Assembly (NCBI GenBank): GCA_951406725.2
Contig: OX597814.1
Span: forward strand, 66,030,001 to 66,094,000
Length of the DNA stretch: 64,000 bases
From: Octopus vulgaris
Taxonomy: Eukaryota
Direction: 5' to 3'
Positions 26,408 to 40,588 of the stretch are shown here, in pieces. The notes under the pieces are model-generated. The model did not search any database and was not told where the DNA came from. It saw nothing but the letters and a program-made list of their open reading frames with translations. The position numbers and the translations under genes were made by a program. Numbering within the stretch: position 1 is the first letter of the stretch; each line of letters begins with the position of its first letter.

Positions 26408-26982
26408 TGACGCTGTTCTTATTGTTGTTCTCCTTGATGATGGTGATGGTAGTGATGATGATGATGATGATGATGTTGATAGTGATGATGATGATGATGA
26501 TGATGATGATGAGTGAGAATTATATTGACGATGGTGATCATATTCTGAAGGAAAACACGGAAGATAATGATGATGGTGGCGGTGGCGGCGGTGGTGGTGG
26601 TGGTGGTGATGGTGGTTGTGATGATGATGATGATGATGATGATGACGTTTGCAGTGGTAAAACAGAAGGCGACGATGTGGGTGATAATGTTACAGTTATG
26701 TTTCGGTTGTTATTGTTGTTTTAATTAACACTTTTATTGATATTGATAGCATCATTTTTGTTCTATGGTTGTAGCGGTTATTGTTATTAGGAATTATTGT
26801 TTTTGTCATAGACATTAACGTTGATAGACGTTGTCTTTGTTGTTATTCTTCTTATTCATGTTGTTACTACAGTTCTTACGGTTGTTTCTGTCCCTGTTAT
26901 TATTACTCTCGCTGGAATAATTGTTATGAGTCTGTTGTTGATGCTGTTGTTGTTGTTGTTCTTCTTCTTCTTCTTCTTCTTC

Positions 26983-27062
<80 letters not shown>

Positions 27063-27464
27063 GTTGATAATGTTGTTCTTGTTAGGTTATACATTGAAGT
27101 TGCGATTGTTGTTGCTGTTGTTGTTATTGTTAACCGCAGGGGAAAATGTCTTTGATATTGCTGCATTTCATCATGTTAATTGACATCTGACGACTGGAAA
27201 CTTAGATTATTGCGCAAGACTTATAAAACACTGCCGTAGACGTTGGGAAACAGGATCGCTAGCTATCTATCTCCATAGATTAGATATACACCTAACTTTG
27301 AAATTTTATGTTGTACTCTCAAAATATGTATATCGACACGACAAATATACACATAAAAATATTACCATGCATGCAAGTTGCCCCGTGTGTTTCATATTTC
27401 AAAATATCACAGGCCTGAAAGACACGTGCTCAGTGGGTGTATGCGTGTCTGTGTACAATATACG

Positions 27465-27500
<36 letters not shown>

Positions 27501-28009
27501 TGTATGTATGTATGTATGTATGAATGTATGTATGTGTGTGTATGCTAATGTTATAATAAAAACGATTTTTCATTAAACTGATGGATTGTTTAATACTTTT
27601 TACTGTACAAATTTATTATTCTTTCGCAAGATTTTTATTGACGGTGTTTTCGAAGTTTCAATCAGTTAAGCCGTCGATTTAGAGTTGATAAACAGTTATC
27701 GATAGAATAAATATCAAACAGAAATAAGCCATGAGATATTTAGGATCGGTAAAAATCTCTCAAAGGCTGCTTCCATCGTTTTACGCCATTAATAACCGAA
27801 ATTACTCAAAGAATAAATATGTTTGTATACATAAGTTTTACTGTTAGAAAGGTTTGGCATGTAAATTCGTCTACATACATATATACATACAGACAGACAA
27901 AAATCCTATATTAGAGATAGGGGGAAAAGCATTAGCAATGCATTTTCCTATATATATATATACGTATAAATATATTTCTTTTCTTAAATAAATAGCTTTT
28001 CATATTCAA

Positions 28010-28088
28010 GGCTCTGATGAAGCTATAACGTTACTCAAGCACTCAACTATAAGTCCATTGCATCTTATAACAGAAATAGCTCTTAGTT
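28010..28088 (+). ncRNA. Degenerate type I hammerhead with an extended stem II
   Basis: GGCT CTGATGA AGCTATAA...TTATAACA GAAA TAGCTC TT AGTT. The core is intact, while stem III and the cleavage triplet are degraded. Confidence 0.5.
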
Positions 28089-28128
28089 AATGAAGTTCAT
28101 AAGATAATCGTTTATTCCTTTGCCATCT

Positions 28129-28185
<57 letters not shown>

Positions 28186-28813
28186 GCACGCACGCACACA
28201 TTCACACGTACACACACATAGATAAGTATGTACATGTGGCATCAGAAGACAGAATCCCTTTGTCACCTACAGTCGCAAGGAGGACTGCGTATAAAACTAC
28301 CCGGAAAGTACAAATGTGATACCGTTTTACGCAAAAACAACTGCCTCGAATTACACATGTGATTAACTTCCTAAGTGTATACATAATCGGGTAACAAAAC
28401 ATGTACTTGATAACATATACCATAATACTTTCATTACTTCCTGGATCTGGAGGGAGGCATACCTGGCGTTTACAGAAACTGTTAGACTGAGCTGATTGTT
28501 CTTGACGAAATATTGCAAGCCAGTACCAGCGGAAATCTCATGAATAGAGAGAGAATAAGAAGGAAGAAAAGTAAGAAGGCGGGTAGAAAGGAAGGAAGGA
28601 AGGAAGGAACTAGTATGTAGTGCCGGGCCTGAGGCTTGGATGCGACAAGGGTAATGAGAGAAAAGACGAGTGACTTGAGAATATCTGACTGTGTTGCACG
28701 AGACCAACAAGCTCCAAGGTGCAAGAGGCCAATACAGGCCCATTAGAATAGGCAGAAAGAAGACAGAGAGAGAGAGATGGGGAGAGGGAGAAGGAGAGAG
28801 AGTGTGTGTGCGT

Positions 28814-28863
<50 letters not shown>

Positions 28864-29476
28864 CTTGCGGTTCAGAGAACGGTGCGGGAAAATGGATTAA
28901 CCCTTTTCTAGATGCGCTAAGTTTAACATTGAACATTAATATTCATGTAACTGCAAATTGTTTTTGGTTGTGACACAAGTGAAGCTGTAGACAAAAAGAG
29001 CTTAACTGCAGCAAGTCGTCTGTTGTAGAGCATTCTACAGCATAAATCATATTTTAAGGCTGACGGTGTATTAAAACAAAATTCATCTCGCTCTTTCTGT
29101 AACTTTCTTTCTCTCTCTTTATACGTACATAAATATACACACATATACACTTATAGGCTTACAAATACACATGCATGTATATATTGTGTTTGTGTGCAGG
29201 AGTGTCTACGTGTGTATGTTTGCATGTATGTATGTACCTATGAATATATGAGTGAAAGGATGGATGACATTTCAAGGGCTTGGATTGCTTTGATCTTACA
29301 ATAACCCACTTCACCTTTGCAGGATTCTTGACACGGACTAGCGAAACAGAAATTCTTAGCCAAAAGAGAAAGAAAAATATATAGTACATAATTCAAAATT
29401 ATTACAAGAAAAAAAAACAATGAATTGTTTTCCATGCATTTCTTCCAAAACACAGACTCAGACACACAGACACACA

Positions 29477-29546
<70 letters not shown>

Positions 29547-30107
29547 CACACAACTTACTAGTTCTTTCCTTCCTTCTTTCCTATAGAATTCCCTCTCTGT
29601 TCCATGTACTAGAAATTACAGCTAAATCTCAATCATATCATAATATTACCGTTAATTTTTAATAAAAGATATTGAATGAAGCTGTTTGTGAAAATAAGCA
29701 ATGTCTAATAAGAGAAACTAAGCGCCGGTTAAATGTTTATTGATCTATCAAGTCAGACCTGGAGGTTAAGCAATAAATACAGATACACACACATACAGAC
29801 AAACACACACATTCAAACTCATGCGTGCGCACACGCGAACGCACACGCGCACACACTCGCACACAGACACACACACACATATATACACGAACATACACAA
29901 ATACGCACAAGCGCAACCACACGCTCGACAAAACATTAATACCACATATACCGATGTAAACTGAGCTGGTAAGACATGAAATACAGAGCATCAGAGTGAG
30001 ATGGGGGAGCGACTGAGAGAGCTATAGTAATTAAGAGAAGGGAAGACAGGGATGGAAAACAAACTTACAGCGAGAGTAAGATGACTATGAAAAGAAATGA
30101 AAAGAAG

Positions 30108-30170
<63 letters not shown>

Positions 30171-30381
30171 AGAGGAAAGGACGAGGGAAAAAGAAAAAAA
30201 ATTGCACGTGCCAAAGATATAACGTAGGAAGGCTGTAATGCTTCAGGAATTAGGATGGACGCTTATGTTGGTCAATAGGTCAGTGTGTGCATGTCTAAAG
30301 GAGAAGCGCACGCCTGCCCAGACACGCGCACACACACACACACACGCAAATAGGCACATGTACACACACTAATGTATATAT

Positions 30382-30412
<31 letters not shown>

Positions 30413-30416
<4 letters not shown>

Positions 30417-31286
30417 GAAGGGCAAATTACCGCCATTTATATCTTTAACTTCGTGCATGTACATAGTTTGCTTTTAATTCGACTACATTGTATATATAGT
30501 AGGGTCAGTTGGGCACCTTCTGTGAGAAAAACTGCACCATGACGAAATTCGCTTTGCCAGAAATTTAGAAGCGACTTACGATATGTGCCGGAAGCGCCAA
30601 TACGAACATTTCAGAGTGTTTCGGTATCAATCTGAGGACAGTGCAATCTGAGGACATGTACCGAGAGTGATAAAAATCAAACATCCAGTTAACATCAAGG
30701 TGTTTGGAGTGACCACTAGTGATGGCAATGCTATGCTTCCTTTCATTTTCCCACACGGGAAGACTCAATACGGAGGTTTACATCAAGTACTTGGAGGAGA
30801 TAGTGCTGCCCTGAGTCTAGAGGGTGGCTGTTGGGAGACCCTATGTCTGGCAACATGACTCAGCACCATATCACACAAGCTGGAGAAACCAGTCATGGCT
30901 GTCAGACAATTTCTGCAACCGCATCACCCCTAGCGTCTGGCCACCGAACTCTCCAGAGTGTAAGTCTCTTGATTATTGTGTGTGGAGGGGTGTAATTGAG
31001 TGAGAAACGAATAAAACTCCTTGTAACACCAAAGATGAACTGAAGAGAAAGATTATAGCAACATTCACCAACTTAACCCAGGAAACCTTCCAGAAGAGAT
31101 GCGGGAGATTACGAAGTCGTCTAGAGACCGTAGTTGAAGTGAATGGCAATTTTATTGAATAAATTTACTGCTTAGTATCTCAAGATATTTTTTATGTAAT
31201 TTTGGCAAATATATCTGTTAAAATGAGATGTCAGTGTTATTTTCATTTTTGCGTAATTTAGATGGCAGTCTATTCATCACATCCTG

Positions 31287-31288
<2 letters not shown>
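30413..31288 (+). mobile_element. Decayed, internally deleted Tc1/mariner transposon (maT/DD37D-like)
   Basis: KHPVNIKVFGVTTSDG, YVWQHDSAPYHTS..QSWL and WPPNSPECKSLDYCVW. The right end is CATCACATCCTG-TA. Confidence 0.8.
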
Positions 31289-31330
<42 letters not shown>

Positions 31331-31538
31331 GTAAAGAGTGAAAAAACTACAGAAGGCTTGTTTTAAAAGGTTAAAAAATATGTATTTGAGTCAATATGTC
31401 TGAAGAATATTATTAATTTTTTTTTTACAATGACATAGTTTAGAAGAAAGACCGGTTTCGCGTTTAGCTTTTCAAATTTCTTACGTCGTTATGTTTATGT
31501 TGAGCAGAGTTATCGTTATGTTTATGTTGAAAAGAGTT

Positions 31539-32902
31539 CTAAATAAGGGGAGGTAATGAGTGATTTCTTCCGGTGTAAGGGAGATAATCGCTTAAAATTT
31601 TTTTGCCTTTCCCTTGGTGTGAATTTCTCTGTATCAGTATGTTGGAATGGTTAAGTCTGGGCTTGTACTTTTCAATGAAGAATGTTTCCTTGTTTAGTCT
31701 AATTTGTGTTAATGATCCGATAGCACATTGGTAAAATGGAAAGATTAAAAGTTGTGGTAGTAGTTGCTTTGCGCATTTCTCAATGTGCTCACTAAAAGGT
31801 ATCATTCTGTATTCTGGGAATGCAATCTGTTGTCGATGCAGTGTGCATCTACGTCTGAGTGATAGTCCCGTGGATCCCACGTAGTCTTGGTGGCAGCCCG
31901 AGCATTTTATGACATAAATTATGTTTTCAGAGGCACAAGTAAAGTTAGATTTGATCTTGAATTTCTGTCCCTCTTTGAAGAGGAATTCTGATCCTTCTAG
32001 CAGGTTTGGACATGTTGCACAGTTCGATCTACCACATTTTTTTACTTTTGCATCCGTAATTTCAGAAAACAATTTTGCCTTTGTGAGAATCTTTTTAAGT
32101 GATTTAGGTTGTTTGTAGCTTTTAATGATTTGGTGTATGTTTAGAATTTCCTTTAATTTGGGGTCCTTATGAAGTATTGGTAAATTCTGGGTGATGATGG
32201 TGAAGGCTTCTTTGTTTCTGGGGTTGTATGTAGATATGTAAGGTAGTATTTTCGGGGAAGGTGCGTTGTTGTGTTGAACTTTTCTTAAAGTTTCTATGTT
32301 GATTTCTGTTGCACGTCTGATCCCATCCTCTATGAGTTGAGTTGGGTAATGTCTGTCAATTAGGGTGTTTTTGAGTTCTTGCAGTCTAAAGTTCCTGGTA
32401 TTTTGTTCTGACATTATTGTGCATATCCTTCTTGCAAGGTTGAAGGGGATGTTTGTTTTAGTGTGTCTTGGGTGGCATGAATTAAAAAGAAGGTATTGTT
32501 TGGCGTCTGTGGCTTTGTAAAAAATGTCTGTTTCTATTTTAAGGTTAATTTTGAACTGTATATTTGGGTTTATGCTGTTCAATAGGTTTTTAAATTTTAG
32601 GAGTTTATCTGTGTTTTCATTCCAGAGTATAAAACAATCGTCTAGGAATCGTTTCCGATTCTCTTTTATGTATTGAGAGAGGGGGTTTCCAAAGATTGAT
32701 AAAGATTCCTGGTAAGTGATTATTTCCAGGTAGCTCATTGTTAGGTTCGCAATGACTGGTGCTGCCCTTGTACCCATAGCAATTCCGGATTTTTGACGGT
32801 AAAATGTATTGTCAAACATGAAGTGGTTATTATGTAGGATGAATTCAATTGATTTAGTAATGAATTCTTTACTGATCCTTTTTGGTATTTCTTCCGGAAA
32901 TT
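31539..32902 (-). pseudogene. Penelope-like element (Neptune-type) RT C-half + GIY-YIG endonuclease, ~450 codons still open, 5'-truncated
   Basis: QKSGIAMGTRAAP, RFLDDCFILW, YLLFNSCHPRH, linker CGRSNCATC and NIIYVIKCSGCHQDYVGST. The N-terminal ~47 aa of the listed ORF are read through from repeat sequence. Confidence 0.93.
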
Positions 32903-32904
32903 GG

Positions 32905-33620
32905 TATATATATATATTTATATAATAAATGAATAAATAAATAAAACATGTGCATATATACATACATATATGTACGTACCTACCTCTACATGTATATATA
33001 CATGCATATATGGGTACAGGACACCAAAAAAACGTCGAACACAATGAGAAACGAAAACATAATCACAAAACCAAGGAAATGGACATTTTTCTTAAACAAC
33101 GAAAAAATAGAGTACAGGACATACAAAACAAGGAAAATTCCCCTTCTTCAGTCGCCTTTGTTTCATCTACTCCACGTTTCGAAGGTCAAGGCGATACATG
33201 ACTTTAATTAAACTTTCTTTCCCGCGAAAATCAAATTAAATAACATTTGAGATTTTTTGCGGAGGGGTAAAAATGGTAACAAAAACAGGACAGTAACGAC
33301 AGTACAAAATATAAACAGTAAAAGACAGGACACGGAGAATAACAGTAACACAAACAAGAAAGGCTGTTAAGCCGAACGAGATAAATTTTTTTACGAAAGC
33401 TATTTTTTGAGAACGGCGAGGGAGCAACAGATTTGCCGTCTCTACGTAAAGGTAGCCAGGAGAAGAAAGACAGTAGTAAGCTTCTCATCACGTGTCCGCG
33501 ATGGGAGGGAAGAGGAGGAGTAAGAGAAAGGGAGAGAAAAAGGGAATGGTTGTAGAGAAAAGAATGAAGAATGAGAGACAGTAAGGTAGAAGAAAAGGAA
33601 AGTCAAAAGAATGAAGGCTG
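32905..33620. mobile_element. Non-coding repeat related to 12051-12851, abutting the PLE truncation point
   Basis: Shared TGCATATATACATACATATATGT..TGCATATATGGG.ACAGG, TCTACTCC...TTTCGA, AACAAAAACAGGAC and CAAACAAGAA.GGCTGTTA blocks, plus a purine-rich tail. Confidence 0.55.
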
Positions 33621-34716
33621 AGAATGGTCGTTCGCACAGATGTTATGACTTATATTGTTATCTCTGGCCATTGTGGACTCAACCATGTAGCTATTGGACG
33701 TTTGTAGAAGAAGTGACTAATTTAATCTTAAAGATTATCGTCTTGGTATATTTGCGTTGAAATATTTATAATATCAGAAACGACAAAAATTTCTCAGATG
33801 TAAGCGTGAGAATTTTGACACAGGTCTTTATGAGCTTCTCAGTCATAGCAATTAAGTTAACAGGTACTTATTGCCATGTATAGAGACTTCAGTAGCCGCG
33901 TGTGGGGAATACAGTTGAATGCTATCATAACACAAGATTTCTCCGATGCCATCTTCCTTCGGAAAGGATAGCTTTGTTCATCAAAATTATTTGACACACC
34001 CTAACACCTACATTTTTATTTCATGTCTGCTCATCAGTCACTGTTGTTAAAGAATAATGATTCTGGATGAATTGGTTGTACATAATGCTTTGCTAACAAT
34101 GGGTCCTTATTTTCCTGCCAACTCGGTGAAATATACTTACTGGTTCAAATATATGTATGTGTTTCTCTCTCTCTCTTTCCCTCTCCCTCACTCTCTCTTT
34201 CTTTTTCTTCCAGACGACGGACTGACAGACAGACAGGTTGCACGCATTGATGTATATTTTTATCTTTTATTTGCTTCAATCATTAGATTGCAGCCATGCT
34301 GGGACATATCCTTGAAGAATTTTTAGTCAAATTAATCGAGTACAGTACTTATTGTTTTGAAGCCTGGTACATATTCTATTCATCGAAGGTTCACCCAATA
34401 CATCTGGAGTAGTACATTTATTTCTAGATGAAAAATGTCGACAGTGACTTCGAAGTACATCGGTAGGTAGCTTCTGAAATTACTTTATCAACGTGTCGTC
34501 TCGTTCTCGATATTTCGCTCCACTGACTACTCTATCCAACATCTCGGTCTTTGGCTTTACCTGCAACTTGCTTGCATAAATATTACGACCTCATCTCTCT
34601 CAAAACTCATACGCTTTTGGGTGTAAATTCACTCTCTCACTTTTTCCAACTTGCACTTCCTAACTTCACCTGCCATGAATTGCGCATCTTCTCCTTCTGC
34701 TACCCTTCTCCATATA

Positions 34717-34791
<75 letters not shown>

Positions 34792-34799
34792 ATATATAT

Positions 34800-34995
34800 T
34801 ATTTTACTTGTTTCAGTCATTTGACTACGGCCATATGTGTGTGTGTGTGTGTTTAAAGCCTGGTACTTATTGCTTTATTCTCTTTTACCGAACTGCTAAG
34901 TTACGGGGACTTAAAGAAACCAGCATCGTTTGTCAAGCTGTTGTGGGAGGTACAAAGACACACACACACATATATACATATATGCGACGGGCCTT
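34800..34995 (-). mobile_element. SINE family B, 3' part (another piece at ~34260-34380)
   Basis: TTTTACTTGTTTCAGTCATTTGACT and GCTAAGTTACGGGGAC match 9955-10100. Confidence 0.8.
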
Positions 34996-36279
34996 CTACT
35001 CTTCTACTCACATCCTTCAGTTATCAACACATGTTCACACACGCACAGACATACCCCCACACAACAGTTCTCCCCACACACTCACTCACTCACTTACTCA
35101 TTCACTTATACATCCTTCTATATTTCGATACCCTTTGTTTTGATCGGAACATTTGAATCGCATCATTGCTACACTCCCTTTCACCCACTATTTCTGCTTG
35201 ACTGCTACTCACTCTTTAACTTTGCAACACCTACATACACGCCACTTCTTCTGCTGCTTCCCTTAACTTTTGTTTAAATTTGTTGTTTAATTAATCCTGT
35301 TTCAATGATACAGCTAACTGCATAGTGCAACAGTACATGATCTTGTTCAGTTCAGTACTAATTGGGAACTGAATTTCATCCAATTATTTAAGTACATTTA
35401 ATATTTGTTTAATTCAAGTTTAAGGTGTTTGCACCGATGTTGACTACCTCTAGTTCGGCAACATGGTTAATCCGGTAAGGTTTTGAAATCAACAGTGCCG
35501 GAAATCTGATGTAGCTTTACTCTGCGTTTGTTCGAGAGAAAAGGAAAAACTGCTTTCTGCAGCCAACGAGTTTCGAGAATGAATACCTTAGCCTTAAACC
35601 TTGCTCTGCAACTATCCAATAAAATAATGAAGGGTTATCCCAAAGCATCAAATTCCTCTTCTCCCCGAAACGGGCAATCCATATGCAAATTTATCAATTT
35701 TACTGTATTCTTTTTTGGACTAATTTCCTCATATCCAATTTTTTACTACAAACAAACACACACACAAACACATGTATATGCATGTGTGTGTGTAAAACAA
35801 AAGTAACAAAGGTACAGAAAGACAGAAAAAGAAACCGCGTTTTTGTCTGTAAATTTCAAGAAGCCCGTGGCAATTAACTGGTCTTTATTTTAGTTGTTGC
35901 CTAAAATGTATTGTTTTACCGTAAATCAGCCTAGTTTCTAGATCTCTATCTTGTACACACATCCTAGATTTTTTTCTTATTTTATTTGTAGCCGGTTTTG
36001 TTTTGTTTTGTTTTCTCCACTTATGCTCTTTTTTATTGTTTCAAATTATAATGCTTTCAAGCCAAGTGTGGGAGACATTTTTTTTATCTCTGTAATAAAA
36101 AAGAAACTACATAAAAGCCATCTGTTGGAATATATATGCTTTTAAGTTAACAGACCTCATCTCTCACATATACCGGTTCAGAGCTGATACCTCATAGGTG
36201 TAACTTAGATTCATTGATAATCTTTCAGTGACGAAAACATGATGCAGAAATTTTAAATAAAAGATATACTAAATAAAAT

Positions 36280-36694
36280 GGATCTTTTCGGTTTGAACGG
36301 CAGTTTTTAACATAATTTCTAGGTAACTAAAAAATTTTAAACTTCGTATACTGGTAGAATGTGTTTATAAAACATCTTTTTCTCTTGGCTTTATTGAGAA
36401 AATTCTGTAGTTTGTAAGATATTTGTTGTTTTTTTCTTCAATTTCTGCAATTTCAACCAATCACTGACGTCTATTGAGGTAAAAAACATTCTGTGCCGTA
36501 TGAATATGTCCCTCGTTTAAGAAACAGATTGGGTTTATTTACATTTGTGAAGAAAAAAGATACCCTTCCCCCCACCCCTAACCCTAACCCTAAAATAGAT
36601 TGAAATGCAATAGATCGATACTAGGGTCATAATTATGGGTGACAATTTCATACGACACCGCTAGAAAAAACTGACGTTCAAACCGAAAAGATTC
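36280..36694. mobile_element. 415-bp MITE with 29-bp TIRs, 8-bp TSD AATAAAAT and internal (CCCTAA)3
   Basis: TIRs GGATCTTTTCGGTTTGAACGGCAGTTTTT and AAAAACTGACGTTCAAACCGAAAAGATTC. AATAAAAT occurs at 36272-36279 and 36695-36702. Confidence 0.92.
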
Positions 36695-36809
36695 AATAAA
36701 ATATAAATTAAGTAAGAAAATAATGTTGGCTAAAATGCTAATAGTTTTTTGGCCTGACTTTAGGTGCATTTTGACATTGTCAAGGAGTGTTACTTATACA
36801 TTTTCATAG

Positions 36810-36980
36810 TAACGGAATTTCGTCTGTCTTTACGTTTTGAGTTCAAATTCCACCGAGGTTGACTTTGACTTTCATTTTTTCGGGTTCGATGAAATAGGTA
36901 TCAGTTGAGCACTGGGTTGATGTAATCGACTTAACTCACACTGAAATTACTGGCCTTCTGCCAAAATTTGAAACCAGTAT
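36810..36980 (+). mobile_element. SINE family A, 5'-truncated
   Basis: GAGTTCAAATTCCACCGAGGTTGACTTTG...GATGTAATCGAC. Confidence 0.8.
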
Positions 36981-39399
36981 TAGGGATATGTATCAAAAAC
37001 ATTTTGAAAATTTTATGCTTTAGCAAGATGGACAACGCTACTTTAAAAATGGAAGATTCAACATTATCTTCCGCATATTAAAAGTTGAATGATTTCACTG
37101 CTTCTTTTATTCAACATAACTGCTAACATTTGACTTGATTGAAAGCTGACGATTACAAGAGAGACTAGACTCCCTGTTCTCTCATGATCCTATATCGAAA
37201 AATATAACTCTACAAAGCTTTTTGATAAGTTTTAGATTTTCCCGTCTCTGGATTATTGTTGAGGTAGGTACGACAGCAGTTATTGAGTTGCATATTGCAT
37301 TTTCATGAAGTGAGAATTCTTCATACGTTTGAATAGTTGTTTAATTGTGGTTGTTATTTTTCTGATATTGTTTATCAAGTTCTGTCTCAATAAGACGATA
37401 CGACACGATTATTGAGTGATTTTTAAGCCTCTAACTCTGTTGTTTCTTCTGAGTTAAAGGCTGTCAATATCTCTAAGTCTAGATGCTTCATGTTGTTGCA
37501 AGGATCTTGTGTGTTTCTACTCTAAACAGGAAGATCTTTTTATTCCTATCAAATACTTGAAATATTCGTACTAGTAGAATCAGAAAATTGTGGAGAGCAC
37601 TACTTGCCATATTTCTTTAAGTCTTTAAGATTAAACACGCTATCGTTGTTTCTTGTGTTGAACTAGAGACAGAAAAACCACTGATGTGATTTTTTTCTTG
37701 AAAGCAGTTTTCTCACGTTAAATTAACAAATATGAACATTTTCTTTTTCTTTTTTACCAACCTAGTATCAGCTGAAAATCGTTTTATTAAATCTAGAAGT
37801 TTCTCTGCATTGTACTAAACTCAGTGTAGATATTTCTAGAGTAAATATTTTCAGTTCAGACCTTCAATAAAATATTATGGGTTACATTTATATTTTTTAT
37901 AAGATAGAGCCACTGGATTTTTGCAACAGAAATCGTAGTAAAATCCAATGCCAAAATTAATCGAAGTATAGGTTTGCCGTGTCCATTGAACATTCCTCTA
38001 GAAATATTTATAGCATTAGAAGCAATAAGTATACTTTCAGTAAAAATGGAGATGGTCGAGAGTGTACTTTTAGCAAATGTATAGATCCCGGTAAATATTA
38101 GTAAGGAATGATGAAACACCTTCCTATGTACAGCCATACTGTGATAAGTTTTCTGACGTCTATTACTTTTACTTCAGATTAAAAGTCGTTTCACCTATTC
38201 TGAACTTCCTCCTATCTTGTCTGTTTCTTGAGTCATTACCTTGAATCACATTTGTTATTGGAAAAAATTAATTAGACAGCTTTGCATATGACGCTTGAAC
38301 GAGCAAAAGCAAAAACAAAAACCGTTGTTTCTCTGCCAATAGCGCTTTAAAACATTTTTTCAGTAATATTTACTTGTGCTAGATAAAACTCTCATTCCGC
38401 TTATATTGCTGCTTTTTTTTTACTCTGGATAGTTCGAAGTGGCTACTTTCCTTATATACCAACACCCTAGTTATTGGTTATATACCAACACCCTAGTTAT
38501 TGGTTATTGTTTCAGAGTTATACCAACTGCATATAGTTAGACAATCATTATTCAATACATTCTCATATTATATCCATGCGTGTATATTTGTGCGCCTGTC
38601 TTTTGAACTTTTTTAAATTCTTTCTACAAAGAACCGGTTGGTCTTTAGCAAAGAAACAAAGCCCCATTTTTGGAATTTACAGAACATCAATGAAAGCAGC
38701 TGGTCGATTTCCTTATCTGAAACACCCATTTAAAAAAATTATTTTTCAGATTTCAACTGAAACATTTAGTAATACAACCAGCTGTACCAATGATTATGAG
38801 TAAAAGTGTAAATTTATAAATCTGGGTGTGGAATGTACAGGTTTGCAAACAGTTGACTATATTTTTTTCCGTTGATTTTCAAAGAATATTCACACCCGCT
38901 GTGCATCTGACCACTATAATAGCACAAAATAAACCAGTTCAAACAAGATTAATACTAGTATAGATGTTCCTTTGTAATTTGATCATCTATTAACTAAAAA
39001 AACAATATGGGATCTACCAGAATTAGAACCTTGCAGGAACAACCTACAGAGAGGAGAATATACAGTATGTGATGACATCCACCCTTACGCACCTAATCAT
39101 TCGGTTGAACCCTTTCTTGCTGTAGATCCGCTTAGAGGTTACGGAAATTACACTAAATGATTCAAACAATATAGTCATCATTATATATCTGATGTAACCT
39201 AATCAATTCTGATTGGCGTAATCCATTAATCTTCAGATAACTGATTACTAACATAAACTGCAGGTACCAGGCATCGAACCAGTATAGCCCAATTTGCAAG
39301 CAAAGAGCTTAACGATGCAAACGCAAGCACTATTCTTTTCTCTGATTCTTTTATTTGTTGTTTGTTTGCTTCCCCTACATATGTATGTGCGTGTATGTA

Positions 39400-39457
<58 letters not shown>

Positions 39458-40394
39458 GATGTATGTATACTTGCATGTATGTGTGTGTCAACGTATAGAC
39501 AAAACAGTACTGGTGATAGACAGAGAGAGGAATGGGTACGGAAGAAGACGTTAGAAGTAAGTTTAGCAGTCTGAAGAAAGATATCTGGCACTTCCATATT
39601 GCAGCCTACCCATATATTGTCAAGTAATAGAAGCAGATAATAAAAAAACAACAGCAACAGGAAGAGTAAAAACAACAATAAGAGCAGTATAATGCATTAC
39701 TCGGGATTTAAGTGCAACAAAAGACACCAGTGTTAGCAACAGCTTATCTGACAATGACGTTAAAAATCAAGTCAAAACAAGAACATACACACAGGGTGTC
39801 ACACACACCGTAAATGATCCGATAAACTAAATTCCTTAAGAGTTATGCGGCTGTACAATATAAAATATCTCTTTGTTTATGAATCTGCTCTTATTTTATT
39901 ACTTCGTTTGTATCACGGAAATATTTCAATACATAAGTGCCAATGTGTGATAAATTTTACTCTATTATTGAAATGACATTACTTCATGTATGTTTGAGTA
40001 TGACTATGGGTATGCATATATAAGAGTGTTTGTTTGCATGAATCTGTGTGTGCGTATGTGGAGGTGGAGGTGGGGAATGTAATTGGTGTTCGTACTCGAC
40101 GAACCTGCAATGTTTCCCAGGTGTGGTTATTGCATTCACATTTCTTTCCTAGAAAAAGGTCTGGACATTGCAATTCCTATTTCGCTATTTTGAAATCAAA
40201 ACATCGATAATACATATGTTGGCATTTATTAACTTTTGTATCTCAGAATGCTCGGTTTTGCATCCCACATCATTAATAATTTGCTTGCCGTCAACTCGAA
40301 TAATGTCCACATCAAAGCACAAAACACTCCTCATACCTTCTTAACCTTCTGCACCCAAGTGTTACCTCCATACAGTCTAGACACTTCTTACTAA

Positions 40395-40588
40395 ATTTTG
40401 TCAGACAAGCTAGTAATTTCGGGCGAGGGGCTAGTCTATTACATCGACTAGTACTTATTTTATCAACCCCGAAAGGATGAAAGGTAAAGTTGACCTTGGC
40501 CGAATTTGAACACAGAACGTAAAGATGGATGATATGCCGCTAAACATATTGCCCGGCGTTCTAACGATTCTACCTGTTCGCCGCCCTA
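40395..40588 (-). mobile_element. SINE family A
   Basis: CCCCGAAAGGATGAAAGG...CGTTCTAACGATTCT...CGCCGCC. Confidence 0.8.

Noticed and set aside
27187-27210. CTGACGA CTG GAAA
   Set aside because: There is no room for stem II and no stem I pairing; a chance match.
38452-38503. 26-bp direct repeat, two copies
   Set aside because: A simple adjacent tandem duplication with no spacers; not CRISPR-like.
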